A DNA stretch of 64,000 nt from a virus. The first letter of the stretch is position 1; every line of letters begins with the position of its first letter. Positions 36,209 to 45,927 of this stretch are shown here, piece after piece. Position numbers and translations under genes: made by a program. Under the pieces are notes generated by a model that worked only from the letters and a program-made list of their open reading frames with translations, was not told the origin of the DNA and did not search any database. The stretch lies in IMG/VR virus record IMGVR_UViG_3300047299_000067, positions 32,001-96,000 of that record; one strand, 5' to 3'.

Positions 36209-36924
36209 CGCGGTGCAAACTCCTGTTGCATTTTAATATTGTCGAAGAATTCTTTCTTTGTTCCCATATCGTCTTTAAACGCACCTTTAAGTACCGTAGT
36301 TTGTGTTAATGACGAATGTGCCATAATTCCCCTATTTTCGCAACATCCGTGTACGGCTTGAATATAAACGCCTAAGTCTTTTGCTCCGGTGGCTTTTTGG
36401 ATTTCCTTAGCAATGTCATTAGCAAGTTCCTCCTGGAGAGTACCTCGTCTTGCACACCACTGGGCGATACGTGTGTACTTAGAGAGTCCGATGAGTTTCT
36501 CGGCAGCAATAATGCCAATATAAGCAACGCCAGTAACGGGTTGGTGATGATGGCTACACATACTGCGAAGCTCGCTACGAACAACCAACATACCTTCATA
36601 GCGGTCCGCCGAGTCGTTTGGAAATGCTGTTGCGTCTGGTGCTGGGTCATATCTACCTGCCATGATTTCATTATAGTACATCTTGGCAAGTCGTCTTGCT
36701 GTACCTTTGGAGTTTGGATCTGTTTCTCGATCAATTAACAAAGTGTCTAGCACTTGTTCGAACGCGACTGTGGCCTCATTGATTAGTTGATCCTTTTCAA
36801 CATCGCTAATGTATTCACTAATGTTGTCGCCAGCCCAAAAACGTTTGTTACCTTGTTTAAGGCGATTGCGGATGACCTGACTTAGTGGTTGTCCGTCTTC
36901 TTCTCTATATTGTAGTTGTGTCAT
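36205..36924 (-). CDS. folE: GTP cyclohydrolase I
   Basis: SMCSHH, IGLSK..R, LQE, H.C..RG, TTVL.G.F. Confidence 0.95.
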   Translation of the reverse strand: MTQLQYREEDGQPLSQVIRNRLKQGNKRFWAGDNISEYISDVEKDQLINEATVAFEQVLDTLLIDRETDPNSKGTARRLAKMYYNEIMAGRYDPAPDATAFPNDSADRYEGMLVVRSELRSMCSHHHQPVTGVAYIGIIAAEKLIGLSKYTRIAQWCARRGTLQEELANDIAKEIQKATGAKDLGVYIQAVHGCCENRGIMAHSSLTQTTVLKGAFKDDMGTKKEFFDNIKMQQEFAPR

Positions 36925-36979
36925 TTATTTTCCTATGTTAAGGCAGAGGTCATTGCCGTGTATATTAAGTATATACTAT

Positions 36980-36985
36980 TATTTA
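36980..36985 (-). promoter_or_regulatory. putative late promoter core TAAATA upstream of folE
   Basis: CTAAATA in intergenic region. Confidence 0.45.
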
Positions 36986-36987
36986 GG

Positions 36988-37785
36988 TTAAGTCAACCTT
37001 AAAAAAAGATTTTTCTTAACTGCTGCGTCCAAAACGGACAAATCAGTTCCTGATTCTTCTGCACATTTGAGCAAAGCACTGGTGTCTTTTGGAAAGCACA
37101 TGCCCCCAAAACCATATTGTCCATCTGGTCCAGGCACTTGCATATGAGTAGCACCGATTCTGTTATCCAATGTAACTGCTTTGCGAATAACTTCCCAGTC
37201 GCAATCTAATTTGCCGGCAAGTCCTGCAATTTCATTCATAAAAATAACCTTTGCGGCTAGAAAGGAATTGATACTATACTTTGCCAATGCCGCTTCTTGG
37301 ATAGTACAATGCAATACGCTATTCAATCCTTCTTGCGACATTCTAATAATGCGTTCTGCTTCATTCCTGTATGCCAAAATGCTTCCGCCAATGATAGCGA
37401 ATCTACCATTACGATAATCTTGTTCGGCATTGGCTGCTGTTAAAAATTCAGGAGCATGTACTAAGTTAGGATACATATCGTTTAAACGTGCGTAAACATT
37501 TGGAGGAGCAGTTACTTTGCTAATGATAACGCCCTTAAAGTTAACTTGTTTAAGATTAGACAATACACTTTCTAATATGCTTGTATCTGCAGTACCATCC
37601 GCACTTTGCGGGCTCGGTACACATACAAACGCTGCGTCATAGTCGGCAATATCTGTATAAGGAGTGTTATGCCCTTTACTAGGATCTATAATATCAAGCA
37701 CATTTCTACTTAGCATGTAATCAAGCGATTTATAAATTGCACTGCCCACAAAGCCCAGCCCTATAATTACTATTTTTGTTTTCAT
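36988..37785 (-). CDS. UDP-glucose/GDP-mannose dehydrogenase family protein (lacks C-terminal domain)
   Basis: GLGFVG, CVPSP, PEFL, KY..N.FLA.K..F.NE, GFGGMCFPKD. Confidence 0.85.
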   Translation of the reverse strand: MKTKIVIIGLGFVGSAIYKSLDYMLSRNVLDIIDPSKGHNTPYTDIADYDAAFVCVPSPQSADGTADTSILESVLSNLKQVNFKGVIISKVTAPPNVYARLNDMYPNLVHAPEFLTAANAEQDYRNGRFAIIGGSILAYRNEAERIIRMSQEGLNSVLHCTIQEAALAKYSINSFLAAKVIFMNEIAGLAGKLDCDWEVIRKAVTLDNRIGATHMQVPGPDGQYGFGGMCFPKDTSALLKCAEESGTDLSVLDAAVKKNLFLRLT

Positions 37786-38870
37786 GGTTTATGTTTATGT
37801 TTTCTATATTTTATGATAACGTCATCTTGTTTGACTTCTTTGCCTAATAGTCCCCAATACAAACTATTTTGTGGTATAGAGTAAGCAGGGATAACATCTA
37901 TGTCGACTGAATTATAATTGTCCGATCTAGACACTTTACTTTTTGCCCATTGCTTTTGAAAAACAGTGTCTATTCTTTTAGAAACAGAATAATAAAATTC
38001 AAAGTAATTATTGGTCTCTGCAAAATCTATACAATGCCTTAATATATCTTCGTAATATGAATCATTAAATGTAAAGTAATTTGACTTATTAGTAGAATAA
38101 AAATTTAAAATAGCCCAATATCTTCCTCTACTTCCGTCATTGTCGACTAATATTATCGACATAAAGGATTGAATCTTATTATCTTTGACAATACCAAATG
38201 CGTGTCTACCGGTAGTATTTACGGTTAGATAATTAATAAATGATTTTTTTATTTTTTCTCTTGCTATGTCGGTTACACTTGTTCCTGATACTTTTTCGTT
38301 AGATAGTATTATATCCATACATTCTTGCAAATGTTCTTCTGTTAATTTAATAACTCCCGGTCTCTTGTCTTCGATTTTAACCAATTCGCCTTGCGGCTTG
38401 ATAATATTAAATTTGTTGTATTCACTATCGTATACTCGTTTTCTTAAGCTACTAGAACTAAACGAATGATCCCTGCCGTTAAAAACAATTTCGATACCTC
38501 TCAGACGACACTCGCTTTTGCCAGTAAACTCTTTATCTGCGTATTCGACTCCTAATATGCGAACATCTACTGGTAGTATTAATAGCAAGTCTACTAACTC
38601 TTGTTCGGTACTATACACTACAACTTCGTCTACATAACTGCAAGAAGCCAGTTGTATTTGTCTTTCTACGATAGATTGTATAGGTTTGTTTTTTGTGTCC
38701 GGTCTGTCGATAGTCGGGTCGGTTTGCAAGCCACATATCAAATAATCGCAATGATTTTTTGCTTCGGCTAGCATAGCCACATGCCCTGCATGAAACAAGT
38801 CAAAAGTCGAAAATGTTATTCCAATTTTCTTGCCTTGTTCTTTTAAAGATCTTACTTTGTTAAAAATCAT
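37782..38870 (-). CDS. glycerol-3-phosphate cytidylyltransferase (TagD-like) fused to a GNAT-like domain
   Basis: FDLFHAGH, ER, VDEV, RDHSFSSSSLR; about 200 aa extra C-terminal region. Confidence 0.75.
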   Translation of the reverse strand: MIFNKVRSLKEQGKKIGITFSTFDLFHAGHVAMLAEAKNHCDYLICGLQTDPTIDRPDTKNKPIQSIVERQIQLASCSYVDEVVVYSTEQELVDLLLILPVDVRILGVEYADKEFTGKSECRLRGIEIVFNGRDHSFSSSSLRKRVYDSEYNKFNIIKPQGELVKIEDKRPGVIKLTEEHLQECMDIILSNEKVSGTSVTDIAREKIKKSFINYLTVNTTGRHAFGIVKDNKIQSFMSIILVDNDGSRGRYWAILNFYSTNKSNYFTFNDSYYEDILRHCIDFAETNNYFEFYYSVSKRIDTVFQKQWAKSKVSRSDNYNSVDIDVIPAYSIPQNSLYWGLLGKEVKQDDVIIKYRKHKHKP

Positions 38871-39223
38871 GTTTGGATTACTTCATTGGAACTACTAGAT
38901 TCGGTTTCGACTAATGCTCTAATCAACTCCATATGTTTATAAGCCTCATCTAGTGCTGGGTATTTACTACGAAGTTCCTTTTCTTTTGTTTGCTGCTTTT
39001 TCTGTTCTTCTATCCAGTTCCACATCGCCCATAGATCTGGTCCTGCTGTACTTACGTTAAACTCGACGGTATTATCTATACGTTGCCATGCATTACCTGT
39101 GCTAACTTCGAAGCATCTACTCGAGCCGTTCCATTGCACTGCACCAGTTACACTTGGTTGGTGGTAACTACGGTCTACTTGATACATGTTTGGACTACTG
39201 CCCGTAAATTGCACTTTTATCAT
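38867..39223 (-). CDS. hypothetical protein
   Basis: ATGA overlaps. Confidence 0.7.
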   Translation of the reverse strand: MIKVQFTGSSPNMYQVDRSYHQPSVTGAVQWNGSSRCFEVSTGNAWQRIDNTVEFNVSTAGPDLWAMWNWIEEQKKQQTKEKELRSKYPALDEAYKHMELIRALVETESSSSNEVIQT

Positions 39224-40128
39224 GATTTCATTTCCTCTAATAATTTATCAAACGGCCTGATATAATAATTACGATACGGTAATCCATTGTATTTAGATTT
39301 TAAAAATACTTCAAATTCATAAGCCAGCGCATCTATGTATTCAAATCCTGTCTTTTTCGTTCGAGTAATCATATCTGGGTATGCTTCTCGATATCCTTGT
39401 AGCTTCGTGGAATTTGTTCCTAATTTACCGTAAAGTCGGTCATTAACTAAATTTTTACACCAGTTTGTATTTACAAATGATGCTACTAGCCCCGGAGTCC
39501 ATTTAAACCATTCTCCTACGGCAGGTTTATTAATTGCCCTGATAAACTTGCTCCAATTTACATCGTGTTCCCAGCATAAGACTCTCCAATCACCGGGCTC
39601 GGTGTATTCTTTATTGATTCGTACAATTGACAAATCGCTCGAGCCGAGTAATGGGACACCGTCTGTATCTTTTATAAACTTGCAATACGGTAGTGCTCTG
39701 GGCCTATCTATTTGAGATAATTCGGACATGTACTCGGCATCATTCAAATAAAAATTTTCTAAATTAAAATCAATTATTCGATAGTCTACGTTAAGTAGTG
39801 AACAAATTGTCACTGCATAGCTTACATCATATATATTGTAATCCTTTTCATATCTGTAAATAAAAACTTTAGGTTTAATACCTATGCTTAAAAAGGATCG
39901 CAGCATTACTTCGCTGTCTGCACCGCCACTAAACAATATGCTTATATTGTTTCCGAAATGATCTACCGTACTAGAAGCGGCCGCTTCTAATTCTTCTTTC
40001 AACGTTTTATTACTTTCGATGTAATTGCAGCTAAACGAGGTGATAAACTTATCATGTCCAGTTTGTCTACCAAACCATTGTCCGTCGCCATACTTCCACT
40101 TATACCAATTATTTTCACTAGTCCACAT
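39220..40128 (-). CDS. PP-loop (asparagine-synthase-like) ATP pyrophosphatase
   Basis: FSGGADSE; K...Y...R.K.TGFE C-terminus. Confidence 0.65.
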   Translation of the reverse strand: MWTSENNWYKWKYGDGQWFGRQTGHDKFITSFSCNYIESNKTLKEELEAAASSTVDHFGNNISILFSGGADSEVMLRSFLSIGIKPKVFIYRYEKDYNIYDVSYAVTICSLLNVDYRIIDFNLENFYLNDAEYMSELSQIDRPRALPYCKFIKDTDGVPLLGSSDLSIVRINKEYTEPGDWRVLCWEHDVNWSKFIRAINKPAVGEWFKWTPGLVASFVNTNWCKNLVNDRLYGKLGTNSTKLQGYREAYPDMITRTKKTGFEYIDALAYEFEVFLKSKYNGLPYRNYYIRPFDKLLEEMKS

Positions 40129-40555
40129 GTTTGTTCGTTCTAAAAATTATATCCCAAATAGGGAAAAATAAACCAAAATTACAATTTGTATTTTTGTGAT
40201 GCAGTAAGTGCCATCTTCCGGACGTAAATGGATACCAATTTATGTTTTTATTATGTTCTAATTGTTCCTGCAAGACGCTAGCCCACAAATAATAAAATAT
40301 AAAAACCCACCATTGTCCTGTTATAGCACTAAACAAAATAGTAGGCATAACTTCGGTTAGCCATAAGTCTATTGTACTATACCAATTGTCGTTAAACAGG
40401 AATAAGTTATTCCAATGCCAACCAGAGTTGCCGTTTTTGACAATAAACACATGATGGTCCCAATGGAACTTTTGCATAAAAGTTAATTGATGACCTATTC
40501 TGTGTGTCCAATATAGTATAAAAGTCCAGGATAAAAAATAAATTATAAAAGTCAT
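40118..40555 (-). CDS. sterol desaturase / fatty-acid hydroxylase family membrane protein
   Basis: His boxes HRIGH, HWDHH, HLLHH; NFG.FFPIWD.IF.T. Confidence 0.85.
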   Translation of the reverse strand: MTFIIYFLSWTFILYWTHRIGHQLTFMQKFHWDHHVFIVKNGNSGWHWNNLFLFNDNWYSTIDLWLTEVMPTILFSAITGQWWVFIFYYLWASVLQEQLEHNKNINWYPFTSGRWHLLHHKNTNCNFGLFFPIWDIIFRTNKHVD

Positions 40556-41625
40556 AGTATATTATTTAATATACCGGAGCCACTAAAAAATTCCGACCTT
40601 AACTTAATTACTTGATCTTTTATAACAGGAATCCTAGATTTATAATTTTCCATGTGCGTTTGCACAGCGCGGCAAATGTCCGGACGATATGTAGTAAAAG
40701 AATTATAGTCTTCTGTCCACTTGCTAGGATATTTAAATACAGGACTGTACATTTCGCTATAACTTAATCTATCCGGCACCATAGGGATAGCATCAACTAA
40801 TGCACCTTCATACATGCTAATGCCTAACGTTTCTTGTAAGTTAGCACTAAACACTAATTTAGATTGACCTAACAATGTATGATATTCGTGCTTAGTAAGC
40901 TGTTGCTCTTGGCAAACAACAAACTCATATTGAGGCAAATGCGTTGCAAGGTCTTTAAAAATCTGCAATTGTTTTTCAGGAGCAATACGATGCGGGAATA
41001 AGATAAGATCCCGCTTGGGTAAATTCTTATAAGGAGTAAGTGTGTCTTCCATATACTCCATAGGCCAACCCGAACGAACAATTTTTTTATCTTGTTTAAA
41101 TTGATACATTGTTCCCATGTTTGTTTTTAATAAGTTATCAACAAACATGTCTATATGAAAATCTGTAGCAAAATAATTGTAGTCGATTGCATGGAAGAAT
41201 GATTGCTCAGCATGTCTAACCCAAGGTGCATCACCGATTAGTCTACCGAGGAAGTCTTGCGGATCATAGCTACCGGCGTGCCATAGTGCGTGAATCTTAA
41301 CAGGAATGTTAAGAAGCTCGCTCATGTACTTTAGGTTAATAATGCCCGGATGCCAAGCGTCAGTAAAAAGAAAATGATCACCATGCTTAACGGATCCATT
41401 GCAAAATAACTCGCCCATTCTCTCAACTTGATTAGCTTTATATATGTTAGTTCCACCAAAATTGAGAAACGCGCCTGGAGTTGTTGCGCTAGGTATATCT
41501 TGGCGTCCAGATATGATTTGAACATTGTGTCCTTCTTTCTCTAGTAAAGCGGGCACGTGAGTTTTCCACTGCCCCGTGTATCGTGTATCTACTGCTTCTA
41601 AATCAACTAAGAAAATATTACTCAT
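40552..41625 (-). CDS. GT-B (GT4-like) glycosyltransferase
   Basis: FPHR...EK, ETLGISMYEG (E-x7-E), P.VPDRLSY.E. Confidence 0.8.
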   Translation of the reverse strand: MSNIFLVDLEAVDTRYTGQWKTHVPALLEKEGHNVQIISGRQDIPSATTPGAFLNFGGTNIYKANQVERMGELFCNGSVKHGDHFLFTDAWHPGIINLKYMSELLNIPVKIHALWHAGSYDPQDFLGRLIGDAPWVRHAEQSFFHAIDYNYFATDFHIDMFVDNLLKTNMGTMYQFKQDKKIVRSGWPMEYMEDTLTPYKNLPKRDLILFPHRIAPEKQLQIFKDLATHLPQYEFVVCQEQQLTKHEYHTLLGQSKLVFSANLQETLGISMYEGALVDAIPMVPDRLSYSEMYSPVFKYPSKWTEDYNSFTTYRPDICRAVQTHMENYKSRIPVIKDQVIKLRSEFFSGSGILNNIL

Positions 41626-42142
41626 CGGTCGGTGTATCCTGTGTATATTGATCCCAGTAAGTGTATTTGTCTTTGCTCATCAAGTCGTGTAAGTGATGAG
41701 TCCATACTCCGGGATTAGTGGCACCCCAAGTTTTATCATCTAACTTAAGAGTAGCGTTATAATTAAGTTGATTGATATATGGCAACTTAACACTAATCAT
41801 GGGGACAAATCGTTCGTGTTCGCAATAGCCAGATTCTAGAACTCCCTCGATATGTTCGACTCCAAAGTCCAATGTGACCCAGTATTTTTCTTTAAGACAA
41901 CCGAATATTACATTATCCCATGCATTATATTCTTCTTGAGAAATATTTGCAGGATTAAAACTTTGGCTAGTTCCGAAATAAATTTGTTTAATGTCGGCAT
42001 CGTTTTTAGCACGTTGCAGAATATCTTCTAAAGGAGGAGTACCGACTACAAACAAAGTCTTCATACCATAGCAAATAGTATGCTCGACTTCGTATCCGGT
42101 AAAATAAATTATGTCTTTGCGTTCTTCTGTGTTTAATCCCAT
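41618..42142 (-). CDS. hypothetical protein in modification cluster
   Basis: FTGYEVEHT, IYFG..QSF, KLDD..W.ATNPGVW. Confidence 0.75.
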   Translation of the reverse strand: MGLNTEERKDIIYFTGYEVEHTICYGMKTLFVVGTPPLEDILQRAKNDADIKQIYFGTSQSFNPANISQEEYNAWDNVIFGCLKEKYWVTLDFGVEHIEGVLESGYCEHERFVPMISVKLPYINQLNYNATLKLDDKTWGATNPGVWTHHLHDLMSKDKYTYWDQYTQDTPTDE

Positions 42143-43047
42143 TTGATGTATCCTCTGCTATAGCCACCGGGTCTGTTTGCACCATCTGCAAATGCCTGTT
42201 GCCATTCTGTTTCTCTATTATAGCATTTTGTCCAAAAAGAATCAACTTGTAGTTCGCCGGATTTGATCCATGCTACCGCAGTTTCCATGCATTCATGAAA
42301 TAATTTTTTTCTGGGACTCGGTCGTACTGTAGATACTGCTTTCCAAAGTAAGTTATCGCTTTCTTTTTTGGTGATAGATCTACCAACTGCGTCGATGACC
42401 AAACCATTTTCATTGATAATGTTATTTGATTCTAAAAAGTTTGTTTCTTTAAGAACAACCACCACATCATAATTGGTTCCGGGATGTTGCAATAATGTTA
42501 CTTCTGCTTGTTCCCAGATATCTTTATTGCTACTACCGACAACGTCGATGCTGAAATCAGTTCCGTGTATAGCAAGAGTTTTGTATGCAACATATGCTAA
42601 AAATCCGGAACCAATAATCAACAAGCGAGGATTGTCGCTAGCATAGCTTCTGCCTTGTAATTCTTCCAAGTCACCCAATATAACATTGATACCGCAAGCG
42701 ACTGGTTCTACTATATACTTTGGATTTGCTTCGGGTACAACTACAAACTCGCCGTCCCTAACCGGGTAGCAATCTGCATACGCGGGCTCTCCTCTAGTTG
42801 CAACGTAGTCGCCTATTTTAACATTTGTAAAAACATTAGCGCCGATGTTGATAACTTGCCCCAAGCCCTCGTGCCCTTGCATATGCAAAGGTAACGGACC
42901 GAAAGATCCTTGCATCATAGCAATATCACTAGTACATACGCCTGTCATGATATTTTTAACGATGATACCATCGTCAATGCTATCGGGACAATCATATTCG
43001 GTTTCAGTAAAGTTACCAGTGCCAGTTGTTTGTAATATTCGTGTCAT
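42133..43047 (-). CDS. MDR-family (Zn-alcohol dehydrogenase-like) oxidoreductase
   Basis: GVCTSD, GHEG.G.V, GD.V, EP.AC, IIGSG. Confidence 0.8.
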   Translation of the reverse strand: MTRILQTTGTGNFTETEYDCPDSIDDGIIVKNIMTGVCTSDIAMMQGSFGPLPLHMQGHEGLGQVINIGANVFTNVKIGDYVATRGEPAYADCYPVRDGEFVVVPEANPKYIVEPVACGINVILGDLEELQGRSYASDNPRLLIIGSGFLAYVAYKTLAIHGTDFSIDVVGSSNKDIWEQAEVTLLQHPGTNYDVVVVLKETNFLESNNIINENGLVIDAVGRSITKKESDNLLWKAVSTVRPSPRKKLFHECMETAVAWIKSGELQVDSFWTKCYNRETEWQQAFADGANRPGGYSRGYIKWD

Positions 43048-43934
43048 AGATTTTCTATCTGTTCGTGAATCCAAATATCCTGTGCAAACTGCTCTTGCCA
43101 GAACTCATTATTATTTAGGTTAGCGATTGCATTTTCTACCATTGCTTTATAAGCGCTTTCCGGACACAAACCTAGTTCATGTCTCACGGCAGAATTTTTC
43201 ATACTAAATGAAATACTACTGTCATCATGATCTAAATTAGTTTTCCAATTAGACGTTAGTATCCACGTAGTATTTCCATGTTTGAATTCGAAGTGACAGA
43301 AGTCATCGACATCGTAAGTGCCATCAGGATTGACACTGCCGTAATCAGTATTATGAATATCCTTGAGTTCATAGTTCTGTGTTGCGTATCCTTTTAGTTT
43401 AACGCCATTTTTGTAGTCAGTCAATGCACAATAATAACTTAGCATATGCGGCATTAAATCTCTACTAACACCGCCAAATGCTAAACTCTTTGTAGTGAAC
43501 CAACTTCCGGGTTGAGGAATGCGATTAGCATTATTCCATCTAATATATATTCTTTCGCTTTGATCTGCAAGTTGCTTAAACTGATTGATCTCTTGCCTAA
43601 ATTGATTATTCTTAACCATCATAAAACGAGTATCAGGATAATCAATACAAAGTTGGCGCCAAGCGTCACTTGATGCTACTCCGGGTTTTTCGATAAAAAC
43701 AATTTTACTAAGGGCGGCAACTTTTCTCGCTAACTTTATATGAGTAAAGTTTGGTGTACAAATATTTACAGTGTCGAATTTACCGTGTACGCGGATAGCA
43801 TCTTCTACAGCTAAAAAATCAGCTTGTTTAGATGCATCCATATCAACGGTAATGACTTCATAACCAAGTTGCGTTAGCACGGGCAGATATACCGCCCGGC
43901 CAAAACCCAATCCAATTATAAGAGCTTTCTTCAT
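43044..43934 (-). CDS. Gfo/Idh/MocA family oxidoreductase
   Basis: IIGLG.G, ICTPN..H, EKP, GG..RD..PH. Confidence 0.85.
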   Translation of the reverse strand: MKKALIIGLGFGRAVYLPVLTQLGYEVITVDMDASKQADFLAVEDAIRVHGKFDTVNICTPNFTHIKLARKVAALSKIVFIEKPGVASSDAWRQLCIDYPDTRFMMVKNNQFRQEINQFKQLADQSERIYIRWNNANRIPQPGSWFTTKSLAFGGVSRDLMPHMLSYYCALTDYKNGVKLKGYATQNYELKDIHNTDYGSVNPDGTYDVDDFCHFEFKHGNTTWILTSNWKTNLDHDDSSISFSMKNSAVRHELGLCPESAYKAMVENAIANLNNNEFWQEQFAQDIWIHEQIENL

Positions 43935-45475
43935 TGGATATTTTTTAGAATGTTGTCGGCTACTTCTTCATCCCAGCTTTCGACAATATCAGAATCGTTG
44001 TTGTTGCCAAAATCTTTCTTTTCGACTACTTCGGGTTGGAAGAAGAGATCGGAAAACGCTGCGTTGGATGATTTCAAACTCTTTTTACCGTTTAAGTCCG
44101 CTAACAAATGTTGAGCTTTATCTAATTCGGTATACGGAGTTTCGCTATTAAACACGCGGTCGACTAACTCCACTGCATAAATCAAGTTGCGAGGAACCCA
44201 GTTGCTAATTTCTCCGCCTTTGGTTTTGTGCCAAAAGCTAGGATCCGGTTTATTCAACCCGCAAGCAGTGTCGCTTAGTGCATTAGCACGTTGCACAGAT
44301 TCGATATGTTGATAAATGTTATGACCCATCATCATAAAGTAACTAAAGCTATCCCAAGATGTTTTGCTTTCTTTGCCTAACTTGTTCAAGTCGCCCGGCT
44401 TGTACCAGCATACATCACCCATGTTCATACGTTCGCCGATTGGACTAGTCCATGGCCACGGAATTTGGCTACCACTCATCTTACGATTGTCGATTGCTTT
44501 ATCCATAATATAACTAAAACGTTTATTAGTATGAACGTGCTGTGTATAGACTTGCCCGTATGCTGTTGCTAAGAATGGACTTGCACAGTCAAACGTCACT
44601 TTCATATTTGGATTGATTGTTTTTTTGATATTACGTTGGATAGCAGTTAAAATAACTGCAAGCTCGAGTTTACTTGTACCCAAGAAGTGAATAACATCAC
44701 GACCAGGTTCGAGTAACTTTTCGTCTCGCAACTTAATCAACCGGCGCAACATCAAGTCAATGTCCTTCATGTTGTTGCCTCCCATCGCCCAGCCTTCGAA
44801 CGGATAATGCTTAACCGCTTCGTACCAAATCTCGGCATCGGCGTTGTTTCCGCCTTGCAAAACGTTTAAGAACTTAGTCTTACCTTGCCGATGTTTTAAG
44901 AAGAAGTCATTGTTAAACAATGTCCCTCTTAAGCAATCATTAAAGTCTTTAAGCCCTGTTCGCGCTTGGTTGATTGGCGCAGCACTCCATGTTGGTAAAT
45001 CGAGTACCATGCTGTAATCAGCAGTATGCTCGAGCCAATTGAGAATAGCCATACGAGTTTTATCTGCTTTACCGATGTAACCCGCATCGCCTTGTTTTTC
45101 CCAAAAATGCTCCCAGTCAAAATTGATAACACCTTTACCAATTTGGAATCCACCAGAGTCACCTAAGATAAAGTTGTTAGCTTTATCTCTGCCCTGGATC
45201 ATAGATTCTTCTACATCACTTTTAGCGATGTCAAGTTGAGCATGTCCTGCAGAATATAGTGCGTCTGGGTAATAGAAATATGCTTCTTCTTTATTTAAAA
45301 AGTTAAAGCCTTCTATACCGTTTTCGCATTCTGCAGGAATTCTGCTGGTTGGTACGAATTCGCTTTGCTGTTGCTTACTAACAAACGTTTGATAAAAACT
45401 ACTAATACTTGGAAGAAATACTGCGTAGTCTTTATTACGTTCTTTAAGATCGACTTTTGTTTTTTTACTTGCCAT
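43931..45475 (-). CDS. tRNA-guanine transglycosylase-like protein (DpdA-type DNA base-exchange candidate)
   Basis: GDSGGFQ, MVLD.P, VLQG, GWAMGG, HFLG, TFD.ASP, late HN; no obvious CxCxxC Zn site. Confidence 0.8.
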   Translation of the reverse strand: MASKKTKVDLKERNKDYAVFLPSISSFYQTFVSKQQQSEFVPTSRIPAECENGIEGFNFLNKEEAYFYYPDALYSAGHAQLDIAKSDVEESMIQGRDKANNFILGDSGGFQIGKGVINFDWEHFWEKQGDAGYIGKADKTRMAILNWLEHTADYSMVLDLPTWSAAPINQARTGLKDFNDCLRGTLFNNDFFLKHRQGKTKFLNVLQGGNNADAEIWYEAVKHYPFEGWAMGGNNMKDIDLMLRRLIKLRDEKLLEPGRDVIHFLGTSKLELAVILTAIQRNIKKTINPNMKVTFDCASPFLATAYGQVYTQHVHTNKRFSYIMDKAIDNRKMSGSQIPWPWTSPIGERMNMGDVCWYKPGDLNKLGKESKTSWDSFSYFMMMGHNIYQHIESVQRANALSDTACGLNKPDPSFWHKTKGGEISNWVPRNLIYAVELVDRVFNSETPYTELDKAQHLLADLNGKKSLKSSNAAFSDLFFQPEVVEKKDFGNNNDSDIVESWDEEVADNILKNIQ

Positions 45476-45499
45476 ACATCACTCCTTTGTCGGAGATAG

Positions 45500-45505
45500 T
45501 ATTTA
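45500..45505 (-). promoter_or_regulatory. putative late promoter core TAAATA upstream of TGT-like gene
   Basis: CTAAATA then AAGGAG SD. Confidence 0.5.
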
Positions 45506-45522
45506 GGTTTATTAAATTAAAA

Positions 45523-45927
45523 TTAAGCACTAACGTATCCGCTACCTGTATATTTCATAGCAGGAGCCAATTCCGGCCACGGGCTTTTGTATAGCCCAAC
45601 GTGAATTTTTAATTTCTTTGGAGTACGATCTCGAGTAATTTGAATACTAACATCGTATGTGTAGCTTTGTTCTTTTAAAACAACTTCTCCGATTTCATAA
45701 TCGTGAATCCAGTTGTCGCCACGCATATCACTTAGATATGCTTGGAACATGTCTGCTGCAAGATGTCCCAATCCATCTTGCAAGATTCCATCATACATTT
45801 CTGCAATCTTTAACAAGTCATACTTGATATCATTGATATTGATCATAGCACGACTAACGGCATTATGATATTGGTTCATTGTACGAACTTTAGCTTTTGT
45901 TGTATTGAATGTGGCATCCATTTTCAT
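45523..45927 (-). CDS. hypothetical protein
   Basis: GAGG SD before 45927; start uncertain. Confidence 0.65.
   Translation of the reverse strand: MKMDATFNTTKAKVRTMNQYHNAVSRAMININDIKYDLLKIAEMYDGILQDGLGHLAADMFQAYLSDMRGDNWIHDYEIGEVVLKEQSYTYDVSIQITRDRTPKKLKIHVGLYKSPWPELAPAMKYTGSGYVSA

Noticed and set aside
32303-45475. Bacterial chromosomal origin of the metabolic genes
   Set aside because: They are interleaved with T4-like polB, clamp, RNase H, TAAATA promoters and phage micro-genes; no host housekeeping synteny
43931-45475. Calling the TGT-like gene canonical tgt for tRNA queuosine
   Set aside because: It is longer and divergent, lacks an obvious Zn-binding CxCxxC, and has no queA/queF/queG nearby; the replication-gene context favours a DNA substrate, so no symbol was given
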